A stretch of 64,000 nt of DNA from Fimbriimonadia bacterium (GCA_041483895.1 JBGPGO010000001.1:224001-288000), one strand, 5' to 3'. Positions 52,675-63,130 are shown, counted from the first letter of the stretch. Numbers and translations: made by a program. The notes: generated by a model not told the origin, from the sequence alone.

Positions 52675-52829
52675 GGGTTGTCTCCAATTGATTGGGGTTG
52701 GGTCTCGATTCGATCCCTGTTCCCAGACTCCTGTACGCCACGATTCGGCGGAGTACACTTGGTATGGCAACTTCGGGGGTGCGGTCCATTCGGCTTTTTG
52801 TTGGTAGAATTGGTATGGGAGGAGTTGAT

Positions 52830-54116
52830 GTGACGAAGAGTTTATTCGCAGCGATCCATGGGTGCCTCCTTGCAGGGCTTTGTCTATCGGCGCAGGCCTG
52901 CGATTCGCGCGACGCCACGGAACAGTCGTTGGAACGCAATGTAGCGTTCGAGTCGCATGAAAAACAGTGGACCGGGGTCCTCTCGGACCTTTCGAAGTCA
53001 CTAGGCGTGACAATCGTTTGCGATCTCGGCAATCTGTCGGACAGCCCTGGTTTTCCCGTGGTTGCAGGCACCGGCCGAGAGATCCTAGACAGCATGGCGA
53101 TCGCGATGGGCAGAAGGTGGGAGCTGCGAGAAGGCTGCGTTCTCTTTTTGCGCAACCGCGGCGACGGCGGCGGAATATACACTCTGCTCAAGCAGGCAAC
53201 CGAGATTCAGTCGATTCTCAACCGGATGACGCCGGCTCAGATGACCGACCTCCTGAAAGGGCAGCTTTCCGCCAAATCATTGGACGAAGAGAGCAAGAGC
53301 ACGTTGTTGAAAATGTGTGCTGGCTATTTCCCTGCCGGAGATCGGATCGCTGCCGGTGCCTGGTCTAAAGCAAGACTCGGAGCGGGGCTTGCGGGGCTTG
53401 CCGACATTTTGGACGACCAGGGCCGCACCACCAAGACAATTCAGCTAAATCACATGACACTCAATGGTCCGGATCAAGAGGACTACGCGGATCAAGATGC
53501 GAAGGAGCTACACCTAACTGAACTGGCGGTCGCAAAGCCTGCTAGACTTGCCGCAACGATAGACGATTGGGACGTGCTGACGGGCTTCAGTGGGACATTG
53601 CGCCAAATTGCCGACAAAATTCGCAAGGATGTCGGATTGCGGGTCGATTATGATTCCCGCGTGGCCTCAGCAAAGTATTTTGTCGTGGGCGCCATACCAA
53701 GGAAGAAGATTGTTGATATTTTGGCGCGCGTCTCGACGCCGATGCCCCTGACTGAGAGGAAGTCAGAAAAGGATGTCGACGAAATTGTCCAGTCCATGCT
53801 TGATTCCTCCCTCTCCGCACTGAAAAAAGAGGGTTCGGGTATTCAAGCGTTGGGCCTTTCGGCCGATGACCTTCTAGGCGAGCGGGAGATGAAGATCTCT
53901 GACTTTGGAGCCTTAGCCATCGCCAGTTCGCCTCAATTAGGTTCATTTTCGCCAGAAACCAAAATCCGCCTTAGAGCCGGTCTGCTTCTTACGTTCGACC
54001 CGTTTGAATCCGCTTTCCAAGGCTATTCCAAGATGCCTGACGGCAGGACTGTTGGAAACAGCATTTCGTACCAGATGACATGGGTTCTCGGTAATTTCGT
54101 TTACCCGGGCCGATAG
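52830..54116 (+). CDS. Secreted hypothetical protein
   Basis: GTG after GGAGGAG SD; signal peptide; long open frame. Confidence 0.7.
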   Translation: MTKSLFAAIHGCLLAGLCLSAQACDSRDATEQSLERNVAFESHEKQWTGVLSDLSKSLGVTIVCDLGNLSDSPGFPVVAGTGREILDSMAIAMGRRWELREGCVLFLRNRGDGGGIYTLLKQATEIQSILNRMTPAQMTDLLKGQLSAKSLDEESKSTLLKMCAGYFPAGDRIAAGAWSKARLGAGLAGLADILDDQGRTTKTIQLNHMTLNGPDQEDYADQDAKELHLTELAVAKPARLAATIDDWDVLTGFSGTLRQIADKIRKDVGLRVDYDSRVASAKYFVVGAIPRKKIVDILARVSTPMPLTERKSEKDVDEIVQSMLDSSLSALKKEGSGIQALGLSADDLLGEREMKISDFGALAIASSPQLGSFSPETKIRLRAGLLLTFDPFESAFQGYSKMPDGRTVGNSISYQMTWVLGNFVYPGR

Positions 54117-54137
54117 CCTTCGAGTCATAATCCCCGC

Positions 54138-54548
54138 ATGAGCGAGGCTGGATACTCCGGGACAACTTTGGCCAAGAAGCTCGGCCTGAAGCCGGGGATG
54201 CGCGTGATGGTCTGCGACGAGCCGGCCAACTACTGGGAGCTCGTTGGGCACGATCTGATGGACTTTCGCTTCGGCGAGAAGAACCGGGACTTCATCCACT
54301 TCTTCACGGAAGGCCAATTCATGTTTCGGCTGTTTCTGCCCATTCTTGCCAAACTTCTGAAACCCGACGGCATGATCTGGGTTTCCTGGCCCAAAAAGAG
54401 CTCAGTGGTGCCGTCCGACATGACGGAAGATGTGATCCGAGACGTCTGCCTTCCCATGGGACTGGTGGACGTGAAAGTGTGTGCGGTCGACGAAACATGG
54501 TCCGGTTTGAAACTGGTTTGGAGGGTCGAGTTGAGGGAACGGGATTGA
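54138..54548 (+). CDS. DUF3052-like protein
   Basis: GYSGTTLAKKLGLKPG, IWVSWPKKSS, GLVDVKVCAVDETWSGLK. Confidence 0.85.
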   Translation: MSEAGYSGTTLAKKLGLKPGMRVMVCDEPANYWELVGHDLMDFRFGEKNRDFIHFFTEGQFMFRLFLPILAKLLKPDGMIWVSWPKKSSVVPSDMTEDVIRDVCLPMGLVDVKVCAVDETWSGLKLVWRVELRERD

Positions 54549-54837
54549 CTGGGTGAGTGAATGTTGAGTTGCCCCTACTTTCACTCACACCAGCCAGATT
54601 GGTAAATCCCAATTCAATCCATTACAGTAATTGGGGTTCGTTGACCCCTTCGCATCTCAGGTTGTCAGGCGAAACAATACAAACAATATGCAAGGTTTTT
54701 GTCAGCGACAGTTACCATCCAGAATCGCCGACAGCAGCATTGTATCGCACTTCGTTCCGAATGTCAAGCAGCCATATCATATTTTTGCTTGGCCGCCCAC
54801 GGCGGGGTAGACTACCGAGGCTTTGAGGGAGGGTGAA

Positions 54838-56643
54838 TTGGCCGACAACAGCATCACGAGCATCATCGCGACCGATTGCGGAAGCACAACCACCAAAGCG
54901 ATTTTGATTGAAAAACAGGGCGACGAATATCGGTTGGTCAATCGCGGCGAGGCTCCGACGACCGTTGAGAGGCCTTTTGAAGACGTGACGGTCGGAGTTG
55001 TCAACGCGGTGCTCGAGGTCGAAGAGCTTTCCGGTAAGAAATTTCTGAAAGACGACAAAGTGCACACCATGGTGCATCGCGGCCGGCGCAAAGAGCAGCG
55101 GACGGATGATAACTACGCGGACATCTACCTTTCCACATCGAGCGCGGGCGGCGGCCTGCAGATGATGGTCGCCGGTTTGGTGCGGTCGATGAGCGCGGAG
55201 AGCGCCGAGCGCGCGGCTCTTGGCGCGGGCGCGATCGTGATGGATGTTCTTGCCGTCAACGATGGGCGGGAGGAGCACCAGCGCGTGGAGCGACTAAGGC
55301 AATTGCGGCCGGACATGGTTTTGATGTCCGGCGGAATCGACGGCGGAAACGTCGATCAGCTGGTGAACATTGCGGAGACAATTTTCGCCGCCGACCCCAA
55401 GCCCCGCTTCGGAGGGATGCGGCTGCCAGTCATATTTGCGGGGAACAAAGAAGCCCGGTCCGCCATCGAAGAAACGCTCGGCGCAAACATCGATATGAGG
55501 GCCGTAGACAATCTTCGTCCAACACTGGAGCGGGAGATGCTGGCCCCGGCGCGCGACGCGATCCATGAGCTGTTCTTGGAGCACGTCATGCAGCAAGCGC
55601 CGGGGTATTCGAAGCTGTCGGACTGGGTGAGCGAGGATATCATGGCGACGCCCAACGCGGTGTTCGAGATTATGCGAACCATCGCCCGCCAGCGCAAGAT
55701 GGATATCTTGGGTGTCGATATCGGTGGTGCTACGACGGATACTTTCTCCGTGTTTGGCAACATCCCGAACCGCACCGTCAGCGCCAATTTAGGGTTGAGC
55801 TACTCAATTTGCAATGTTCTCCATGAGGCAGGCGTGGATAATATTCAGCGTTGGATCCCGTTTGAAATCGACCCGTTTGAAGTGCGAAACCGGATGCGGA
55901 ACAAGATGATCCGGCCCACGACAATCCCCCAGACCTATCACGATCTGCTGATCGAGCAGGCTGTTGCCCGAGAGGCGCTGCGATTGGCTTTCGACCACCA
56001 TAAGGCGCTCGCTCGGGGGCTGAAGGGCGTGCAGCAGCAGCGGGACATCGGGGCTGCATTCGACCAATCCGAGACCGGCCAGACGCTGGTCAATCTGTGG
56101 AAGCTGGGGATGATTATCGGCTCCGGCGGCGTTCTCAGCCACGCGCCGCGCCGCGCCCAAGCCGCGCTGATGATGATGGACGCATACCAACCGACCGGGA
56201 TCACGATGCTGGCCGTTGATTCGATCTTTATGATGCCGCAGCTTGGCGTCCTTTCGAAAGTGTTGCCCGAGGCCGCGGACCAGGTGTTCGATCGCGACTG
56301 CCTCGTCCGGCTTGGGGATTGCATCGCCCCGGTTGGTATGGCAAAGCCCGGCGAGCCGTGCGTGACCGTCTCGTTTGGCGGCAAGACCGAGGCGGTTCCG
56401 TTCGGGGAGATCCGGGTGCTGCCGCTGGCGGAACGAGAATCCGTCGAAGCGAAGGTCGAGCCGGCGCGTGGTTTCGACGTGGGCGATGGCAAGGGCAAAG
56501 CGGTGACGCGGGAGTTGAACGGCGGAATTGTGGGGATCGTGATCGACGCGCGCGGCCGGCCTCTTATCCTGCCGTCCGACAGCTCACAGCGGGTCGCCAA
56601 ACTCCGCGAATGGCTCGCGGCATTTGGACTGCCGACGCCGTAA
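54838..56643 (+). CDS. glmL: Glutamate mutase L (GlmL/MutL-type) ASKHA-fold protein
   Basis: TDCGSTTTK, SSAGGGL, SGGIDGG, VDIGGATTD, RTVSANLG; TTG start after GGAGG. Confidence 0.8.
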   Translation: MADNSITSIIATDCGSTTTKAILIEKQGDEYRLVNRGEAPTTVERPFEDVTVGVVNAVLEVEELSGKKFLKDDKVHTMVHRGRRKEQRTDDNYADIYLSTSSAGGGLQMMVAGLVRSMSAESAERAALGAGAIVMDVLAVNDGREEHQRVERLRQLRPDMVLMSGGIDGGNVDQLVNIAETIFAADPKPRFGGMRLPVIFAGNKEARSAIEETLGANIDMRAVDNLRPTLEREMLAPARDAIHELFLEHVMQQAPGYSKLSDWVSEDIMATPNAVFEIMRTIARQRKMDILGVDIGGATTDTFSVFGNIPNRTVSANLGLSYSICNVLHEAGVDNIQRWIPFEIDPFEVRNRMRNKMIRPTTIPQTYHDLLIEQAVAREALRLAFDHHKALARGLKGVQQQRDIGAAFDQSETGQTLVNLWKLGMIIGSGGVLSHAPRRAQAALMMMDAYQPTGITMLAVDSIFMMPQLGVLSKVLPEAADQVFDRDCLVRLGDCIAPVGMAKPGEPCVTVSFGGKTEAVPFGEIRVLPLAERESVEAKVEPARGFDVGDGKGKAVTRELNGGIVGIVIDARGRPLILPSDSSQRVAKLREWLAAFGLPTP

Positions 56644-56924
56644 TGAACCTGGCCGCGTTCAAATCCAGCGCCGGTCCGCCGAACGTCTCCATTCCGCTGC
56701 GGGCCCTGTGGCATGAGGCGAATGGTGACTGGGAGAAGGCCCACGATCTGTTGCAGCAAGATGACAGCGCTGCTTCCGCCTGGGTCCACGCCTATCTCCA
56801 TCGCAAAGAGGGGGACATCTCCAACGCAGCCTACTGGTACAGCCGCGCCCGCAAGCCGGTGGCCACCGACGGGTTCGAATCGGAGTGGGACCAAATCGCA
56901 TCTTCGTTGCTTGGTGAAACCTAG
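56643..56924 (+). CDS. Conserved hypothetical protein
   Basis: LRALWH..GDWEKAH..WVHAYLHRKEGD..NAAYWY; TAATG-coupled to glmL. Confidence 0.8.
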   Translation: MNLAAFKSSAGPPNVSIPLRALWHEANGDWEKAHDLLQQDDSAASAWVHAYLHRKEGDISNAAYWYSRARKPVATDGFESEWDQIASSLLGET

Positions 56925-56990
56925 GCAGGAACGTTAGGACCCTTGCGAGAAGCTCTTACCGACCGGAACACAAGCCGGGAGGTGAAGCCG

Positions 56991-57794
56991 ATGACGAAAT
57001 GCAAATGGTGCGGGATGGACTCGAGAGACGAATACACGTGCGAGTGGTGCAAGAAGGAACTGAAGCCCAGACCCCCTGCCCCTCCGCCACAGTTGCCGGT
57101 GTATAGCGATCCGGATCTGATCCAGACGCCGCGCCCGCAAGACCCTGGCGCGATTCCGTCCAGTCCGACGTTTCAGTCGCCCCCGCAAACGCCGCCCGTG
57201 TCTCAAGCGCCGGACCTCCACCTCCCTCCGCCGACCGCTCCCGTGACCACGTATGCGCGGATCGTGCAGCCAGTCGAGGTACCGTGGAGCCGTCGCGCCA
57301 GCCGGTTCCTGATCGTCGCTGTCCCAATGCTCATTGTTGGTTCGATAGCCATGCATCTCTTCCGCGGCAATCTCGGCGGCTATATTGCTGTGCTTTCCAT
57401 CGTGCAATTTATCAGCGGCATCACTTTGCCCGCGTTTCAGGTCGTCGGATTCTTCGATGACGAGTATAGGGACGTGTTCGCTGGAGTATTGTTGACCGCA
57501 CTTCTCGGACCTCTCCTTGGTGGATTGGCATACGGTCTTGTATTCGGCGGACTGTCGAGCGCGATGGGGTTGGATTACAGCAAGAGCGTTTTGGCGCTGA
57601 TGGGATGGACGATCATCTCGGGCACGATTCTCCATCTCGCATTCTTCGGCATAGATCCCACATTGGCGATTTGGGATGTCCTGGTCGCCGCCCTCAGCAT
57701 TGGGTGCGGAAACATTTTCACGACATTGCCACTAATGGCAATCTACCTGGGATGGTTCTTCGGGGGATTTTTCCGTCCGCTGGACCGGAATTAG
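56991..57794 (+). CDS. Membrane protein with N-terminal Zn-ribbon and Pro-rich linker
   Basis: CKWC..CEWC, Pro-rich stretch, several TM segments; GGAGG SD. Confidence 0.75.
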   Translation: MTKCKWCGMDSRDEYTCEWCKKELKPRPPAPPPQLPVYSDPDLIQTPRPQDPGAIPSSPTFQSPPQTPPVSQAPDLHLPPPTAPVTTYARIVQPVEVPWSRRASRFLIVAVPMLIVGSIAMHLFRGNLGGYIAVLSIVQFISGITLPAFQVVGFFDDEYRDVFAGVLLTALLGPLLGGLAYGLVFGGLSSAMGLDYSKSVLALMGWTIISGTILHLAFFGIDPTLAIWDVLVAALSIGCGNIFTTLPLMAIYLGWFFGGFFRPLDRN

Positions 57795-59440
57795 GCGGCG
57801 TGTTCAACCGGCATATGTTTCTCCCGCGTGCTGATGCGCCTGACGATCGCGGTGGGCGCGATACGCTCCCATTTGCCGGGTCCGATCAGCACGGCGACCA
57901 ACGCCAAGAACGATCCGAAGAATCGGTAGTCAATCAGATTCGCGTCTGTCAGCTGCATGATCAGCGCGCCAAACAGCCCGTATGCCGCGCCAACCCGCCA
58001 GACGTGGTCGCCACCCCGAGCCAGTTGGGCGATGCGGCCGGTCTCGCGACCGAGCCGCTGCGTTAACGCGCCGGGAGAATTGCCTCGCGACTCGGTCAGG
58101 AGACCGGTCGCATCAGCGGGGCACGGTCGGGAGACCGGCCGCATCAAGGGGGAACCTCGCGACTCGGTCAGGAGACCGGTCGCATCAGGATCTGTTTCTC
58201 GTAGCGCGTTCCGGGCGCGACGAAGGAACGCAAAGAAAACCAGCCACGCAAAGAGAGCGCCAATTACCCCGGCGTCCATAATCGGCTGCAGAAGCATGGA
58301 ATGCGAATGCGCCAGATTCCGAATGATGCCTGTGGGCACGTACGGGATGGAAGCATCGTAATACCGGTACGGCCCGACACCCATGAGCCAGTTATGCCGC
58401 AGCATCGAAAAGGTCTGCTGATAGATCAATTCACGAACATCGTCCTCCAAAACCGCCACGCCGCTCTGGAACAGCTCGATCCGGCCGTTTACGTCGGGCG
58501 TGGTGGCGATCCACAGTACGACCATGCCGACCGCCCCAAGCCAAACCAAAAGCAGCCCTTTCCGGTATCGGAACAGCAGCCATGTGGCTATCAGAGCAAA
58601 GATGCCGATGCCGGAGCGCGAAAGCGATACCCCCGCGCCCAACGCGCTGGACACAAACAACGCGAGACCGAGCCATCGCTCCCAACGAACTTTGCCGATA
58701 CACAGCAACACCGCCCCGAACAGGCCCATCATCACCATCGTCGCCGCGAAACTGTTGGCGTTCATGTTGAAGGGCGCCGCCCGGGCCTCCCACTGCTCGC
58801 CCGCCGTCATCGGCCCCGAGAATACATACCGGCTGATCCCGGATAGGGAGGCAATCATTCCGCACGCAAAGAAGCCAATGGACAGGCGTTTGGTCCAGCC
58901 TTCCTCGTCCGAGTTGACAAACACCAGCCATACGAGCAGCATGCGAACGAAGTTTGTCGCCGCGATGAATTCGCAATCGTGGGGCGAGTTATAGCGAAAG
59001 AATGAAAACAGAATGCAGACGAAGTAGACCGCTCCATACGCCAATCCCCAACCGTTGCCATAGGAGCGAATCGGCTCACGGCGATACAGCTTCGGGAGCA
59101 GAACCGCGAGGGCCGTGACGACGACTGCCAAGTCCAGGAGCGAAACCACCTCCGGCATGCGGATATCCTTCGCCGGCTCCCGCAGGCTGAGCACCCAGCT
59201 CCATGCCGGGTTGTACTCCATCGTTCTCGGATACAAAAGGATCGCGGCAAGCAGCAGCGGCGCTCGGGCTTTGGGGAAGAAGAACGCGGCAGTCAAGTTG
59301 GCGATGATGAGCGCGACCCCGAAAAATTCCATCGGATCGCTGAGGGCCACCAACGGCATGATCGCCATAGCGAGCAGAACCCAATACAGGCCGGCGAAAT
59401 GATGGGTTTCGAGGCGGAACCGCCGAACCGCTATTGCCAC
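57791..59440 (-). CDS. O-antigen ligase/Wzy-like membrane protein carrying an in-frame REP insertion
   Basis: Multi-TM; NANSFA, SLSRSG, WLMGVG, HSHSMLLQ..GVIG; GTG start overlaps the upstream gene stop. Confidence 0.85.
   Translation of the reverse strand: MAIAVRRFRLETHHFAGLYWVLLAMAIMPLVALSDPMEFFGVALIIANLTAAFFFPKARAPLLLAAILLYPRTMEYNPAWSWVLSLREPAKDIRMPEVVSLLDLAVVVTALAVLLPKLYRREPIRSYGNGWGLAYGAVYFVCILFSFFRYNSPHDCEFIAATNFVRMLLVWLVFVNSDEEGWTKRLSIGFFACGMIASLSGISRYVFSGPMTAGEQWEARAAPFNMNANSFAATMVMMGLFGAVLLCIGKVRWERWLGLALFVSSALGAGVSLSRSGIGIFALIATWLLFRYRKGLLLVWLGAVGMVVLWIATTPDVNGRIELFQSGVAVLEDDVRELIYQQTFSMLRHNWLMGVGPYRYYDASIPYVPTGIIRNLAHSHSMLLQPIMDAGVIGALFAWLVFFAFLRRARNALRETDPDATGLLTESRGSPLMRPVSRPCPADATGLLTESRGNSPGALTQRLGRETGRIAQLARGGDHVWRVGAAYGLFGALIMQLTDANLIDYRFFGSFLALVAVLIGPGKWERIAPTAIVRRISTREKHMPVEHAA
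58031..58188. repeat. REP-like family B cluster (4 units) inside CDS
   Basis: Exact 34-mer cctcgcgactcggtcaggagaccggtcgcatcag at 58083 and 58155, partial unit at 58124, inverted unit at 58031. Confidence 0.9.
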
Positions 59441-60756
59441 CGAAGACTCCGGCTGACCTTGCGAATTCCGCGCTTGACGTGGGTCGGCTCGGCCACCCAC
59501 AACATCAGGAGCGCCGTGATCATGGTCGCGATGCTCGTGCCCGCCGCGATCCCATTAAGACCCATGAACTGGATAAGCGCGAACTTGATAATGAAATTCA
59601 TAATAACGCCGGCCAGCGCAAGACCCCACAGATCGGAGGACCTGCCCTGGGAATTGAGATACCGGACCGCGAGGTGGAGAAGTGAAACAGAAATGACCGT
59701 CGGACTGAGCCACAGCAGAGCCTGCGACGTATGCGCCGCCGCCTCCGCCGTAAACTTTCCGTGACCGAAGATGGCGACCACGATGGGGTGGCAGAATAGG
59801 GCCGTGATGGCCGCGACCGGGATCGTGATCGCCACCGTCGCCGCCGCTGAGCGGATGAGGCCGTTTGCAGCCTGTTCCGATTCCCCTTGCGCCTTCATCA
59901 ACGCGAATCGCGCGAGCAGAACCGTGGCGACCGAGGCGGCGAACAGGCTGGACGGCAGGTTGATCAGAACCGAGGCATAGTTAAATTGGGAAATCGCGCC
60001 GATCCCTAGGCCGCTCGCCAGCGTTCGGTCGATCGCGACGTTTACTTGAACGAGCCCGGAATAGAAAAGCACCGGCATCAGCGCCTTGAACACATGCTGG
60101 ACGGTATCCGGATCCGGTGCATTGCCCTTGGAGCTTTTCCGGGCGAACCATAGCTGCAGCGTTGCTTGGAGCGCGAGGCCGAAGATCAGTCCAATAGCCA
60201 ACGAGTTGACCTTGTCCGGCCGGAGAATTAAGAATGAAAGAATCACGAAGTTGAAGAAGACGGCGTGCAAGGCGGGCACCGCGAATCGTCCCGTCGCATT
60301 GCAGGCCGCGGCGCTGATTCCGACCAAAGCGGCCAGCGGCATTGTTATCACAAGGATTCGCAACAGGTTGGTGCTATGCGCGATGGTAGGATGGTAGTCG
60401 GTCTGCGCCAGCGCCCGGATGACCTGCTCGGCGAACAGGAAAAGTCCGAGACTGAGCAGCAGCGTGACGAGGAGCAGTCGGCCGCCGTATTTCCGCACGC
60501 ACAGCCATAAGGAGGCGCCCCCGGCAATCGCCGTGACGAAGGCGGGCACCATCGCCATACCCAAGGCCTCCGGCAATGCCGTGACAACCATGCCGGGCAG
60601 AATGTTCGCAAGCAGAAACGAGTCCAGTTCCCTGCCCGCGCCGAACTGCTGCGCTGTGAGCATTTCCCTTCCGAAGCCCATGATTCGGCCGCACGCCACC
60701 AGCAGAGTCAGACCGCCTGCCACTCGCAGGACGGCGCCCATGCGCAACCCGCTCAT
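59431..60756 (-). CDS. MurJ/MviN-like (MOP) flippase
   Basis: GRIMGFGRE..FGAG..DSF..A..LP, DRTLASGLG, FGHGKF. Confidence 0.85.
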   Translation of the reverse strand: MSGLRMGAVLRVAGGLTLLVACGRIMGFGREMLTAQQFGAGRELDSFLLANILPGMVVTALPEALGMAMVPAFVTAIAGGASLWLCVRKYGGRLLLVTLLLSLGLFLFAEQVIRALAQTDYHPTIAHSTNLLRILVITMPLAALVGISAAACNATGRFAVPALHAVFFNFVILSFLILRPDKVNSLAIGLIFGLALQATLQLWFARKSSKGNAPDPDTVQHVFKALMPVLFYSGLVQVNVAIDRTLASGLGIGAISQFNYASVLINLPSSLFAASVATVLLARFALMKAQGESEQAANGLIRSAAATVAITIPVAAITALFCHPIVVAIFGHGKFTAEAAAHTSQALLWLSPTVISVSLLHLAVRYLNSQGRSSDLWGLALAGVIMNFIIKFALIQFMGLNGIAAGTSIATMITALLMLWVAEPTHVKRGIRKVSRSLRWQ

Positions 60757-61997
60757 GCCGCCATCCTCACGACGGCGGCGTCGCCCTGAGGGCTGAACGC
60801 TGATTCCGCGGCGAGGGCAAAGTACCGGGCATGGGCCACGTGATCGTGGTGGGAGACGGCGTAGTCGCGCCCCTCCTGTCCCATTTGACGCCGGTTCTCT
60901 TCATCGGCCAGCAGCCCCGCCGTCATCTCTGCCAGTTCGTATGGGTCCCCAGGCTCGACCAAGAATCCGTTCTCGCCATCCCGCACGGTCTCACAAAGTC
61001 CACCGGATCGCGATGCGACGACGGGAAGCCCGCAGCTCAAGGCCTCGATGGCGCTGAGGCCGAACGATTCTTCCGCCCGGTATGACGGGATGGACGGCAT
61101 GAGCAGAATGTCCGCGGCCCGGTAGACGGTCGGCATTCGATCGTGATCGATCGCGCCGAGAAATCGCACCTGCTCCCGTAGCCGATTCTCCTTTACGAAA
61201 TTCTCCAGCCGCGAGCGCATCGGGCCATCGCCGACAAACGCGAGGACGAACAGTTCTCCTTGATCCCTCAGGATTCGAGCCGCTTCCACCGCGATATGCG
61301 GACCCTTGATTTCTAGCAGGTGGCCAGCCTGGAGGAGCATCGCCACGTTCTCTGGCAGCCCCAACGCGCGGCGGGATCGCTCCTTCTGCCGCTCGCTGAT
61401 CGGCGGCGCGAATCGGTCGACGTCGATGGCGTTGTGCAGCATCGTGATGGGCCGAATCGTTGGGCCGATGAGCGCGATGATGTGGTTTCGCATCTTCTCC
61501 GAAACCGCGATCAGCGCGTCGGCGGCCAGCATCGCTCGGCGCTCCAATTCCAAGATTCGTCTCTCCCCGCGCGACCCCGGCGCCATCCAGCCCTGGCCCA
61601 CCTTTTCGTAGGTGTAATGGGAGTGGACGGTCAGCAGTATCGCGGCGCGCGGACAGAATCGATCCCGCACTTCGCGCGCGGCAAGCACGGAGGCGATGTC
61701 GTTACAAGCGAACACCTCCGGACCCGCGCCCCACTCGACGCGCCGCCGCATTCTCCGATATAAGAGCCGTGAATGCATCCGAATCGCATATTCGATTCCT
61801 GTGCCTTGCCGGAACAGGTTGACGCATCGAAACGGGACGCTGATCAGGGTGCGCGACAGGAATCGCGGCACGGCGTCCGCAGAGAGAATCAGCGCTTCAT
61901 GGCCATTGAAGTGCAGTCCCTGCTGGAGCAATCGCAAATGAGTCGCGATGCCGCCCGGCCGCTCTACCAGCGACTGCGTGAGAAGCCAAAGCCTCAT
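60753..61997 (-). CDS. Glycosyltransferase family 4
   Basis: GGIATH, AVSE, HNAID, KG, ESFGLSAIEALSCGLPVVAS..GG. Confidence 0.92.
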   Translation of the reverse strand: MRLWLLTQSLVERPGGIATHLRLLQQGLHFNGHEALILSADAVPRFLSRTLISVPFRCVNLFRQGTGIEYAIRMHSRLLYRRMRRRVEWGAGPEVFACNDIASVLAAREVRDRFCPRAAILLTVHSHYTYEKVGQGWMAPGSRGERRILELERRAMLAADALIAVSEKMRNHIIALIGPTIRPITMLHNAIDVDRFAPPISERQKERSRRALGLPENVAMLLQAGHLLEIKGPHIAVEAARILRDQGELFVLAFVGDGPMRSRLENFVKENRLREQVRFLGAIDHDRMPTVYRAADILLMPSIPSYRAEESFGLSAIEALSCGLPVVASRSGGLCETVRDGENGFLVEPGDPYELAEMTAGLLADEENRRQMGQEGRDYAVSHHDHVAHARYFALAAESAFSPQGDAAVVRMAA

Positions 61998-63130
61998 AGT
62001 TTTCCGATCGTATTGATGACGCCGATGCTGAGCAGCGGGGCCAACAGCTTCTCGAAATCCGTGCGCTTGGAGGCGTTGATGACCACGATATCGTCCGGCT
62101 CCAGCTTCGGGTTGCTTTTCGCATCGGCGTTCTTCAAATACTTGCGGAAGTCGTAGGTCAGCTTCGTCGTTTTCGGACCATCGCGCTTTAGAATCACGAT
62201 GGAGGCCATCACTCCGGATCGAAGAATGCCGCCCGATTTCGCCAACGCATCGGACAGGTACACATCGCGGTCGTCCGGCAGCTCATACCATCCCGGCGTG
62301 CCGACTTCGCCGAAGACCGCAACCTTGCTCTGCAATGGCGGAATGGTGAGAACGTCCTGATCTTCCAACGGCACGTCTTTCTGGACCTGCCCTTTTTGCA
62401 CGACGTCGCTGAGGTTGACCGGAATCTTCTTCCCGTTCCTGGTCACGAATGCGCGGCTCAGGGAAGGCGTCACCGGCTGGCTGGTGGTGAGCTGGCCACC
62501 CGCCTTTGCCAGCGCGATCACCGCCGTCGCGGGTTCATCCAAGTCGTATTGTCCGGGCAGAGTCACGCATCCCGCGACATAAACGCGGACCGTCTTTTTG
62601 GACTGGACGCTGATCGTGTCGCCTTCACGGAGCTGGAAGTTCGTCGCTCCCTCGCCGTCGCGCAGGATCTCCGACAACCGGACCTCGCGATCCGGTTCCC
62701 CCTGACGATAGAGACGGCAGACTGACTTTTCCGTGGGGATCATTAGGCCGCCCGCCGCCGCGACCGCCTCCGTTACGCGCCACTCCGGCTTCATCGGCCA
62801 GTTGCCGGGAGTCTTCACATCACCGATCACCGCCACCATCCGCATGCGAGGGGTGACAAGCGTCACGGCGACCTCGGGATGATTGAGCCGATCCGCAAGG
62901 CGCTCGGTCAATTCTTTGTCGATATCTTCAATCGTACGCCCGGCAGCCACGATCTCGCCGAGAACGGGGATGCTGACCTTGCCCCCGATCGGTATCGGCA
63001 TGGAGCATGCATATTCCGGGTGACGGACGACGGAAATTGAAATCACGTCGTCCACGCCCAACACGTAGGGATGCGGCCGGTCTCCTGACCGTGCCGCCGC
63101 CGAAAGGAGAACCGCCAATAGCCAACTCAT
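61994..63130 (-). CDS. Polysaccharide export protein (Poly_export plus SLBB domains)
   Basis: YVLGVDDVI, GKVSIPVLGEI..AGRT, three VxVxGxV..PG SLBB repeats; ATG overlaps the upstream stop. Confidence 0.9.
   Translation of the reverse strand: MSWLLAVLLSAAARSGDRPHPYVLGVDDVISISVVRHPEYACSMPIPIGGKVSIPVLGEIVAAGRTIEDIDKELTERLADRLNHPEVAVTLVTPRMRMVAVIGDVKTPGNWPMKPEWRVTEAVAAAGGLMIPTEKSVCRLYRQGEPDREVRLSEILRDGEGATNFQLREGDTISVQSKKTVRVYVAGCVTLPGQYDLDEPATAVIALAKAGGQLTTSQPVTPSLSRAFVTRNGKKIPVNLSDVVQKGQVQKDVPLEDQDVLTIPPLQSKVAVFGEVGTPGWYELPDDRDVYLSDALAKSGGILRSGVMASIVILKRDGPKTTKLTYDFRKYLKNADAKSNPKLEPDDIVVINASKRTDFEKLLAPLLSIGVINTIGKL

Noticed and set aside
54549..54837. Cobalamin riboswitch upstream of glmL
   Set aside because: No B12-box or other conserved elements seen; only one weak hairpin.
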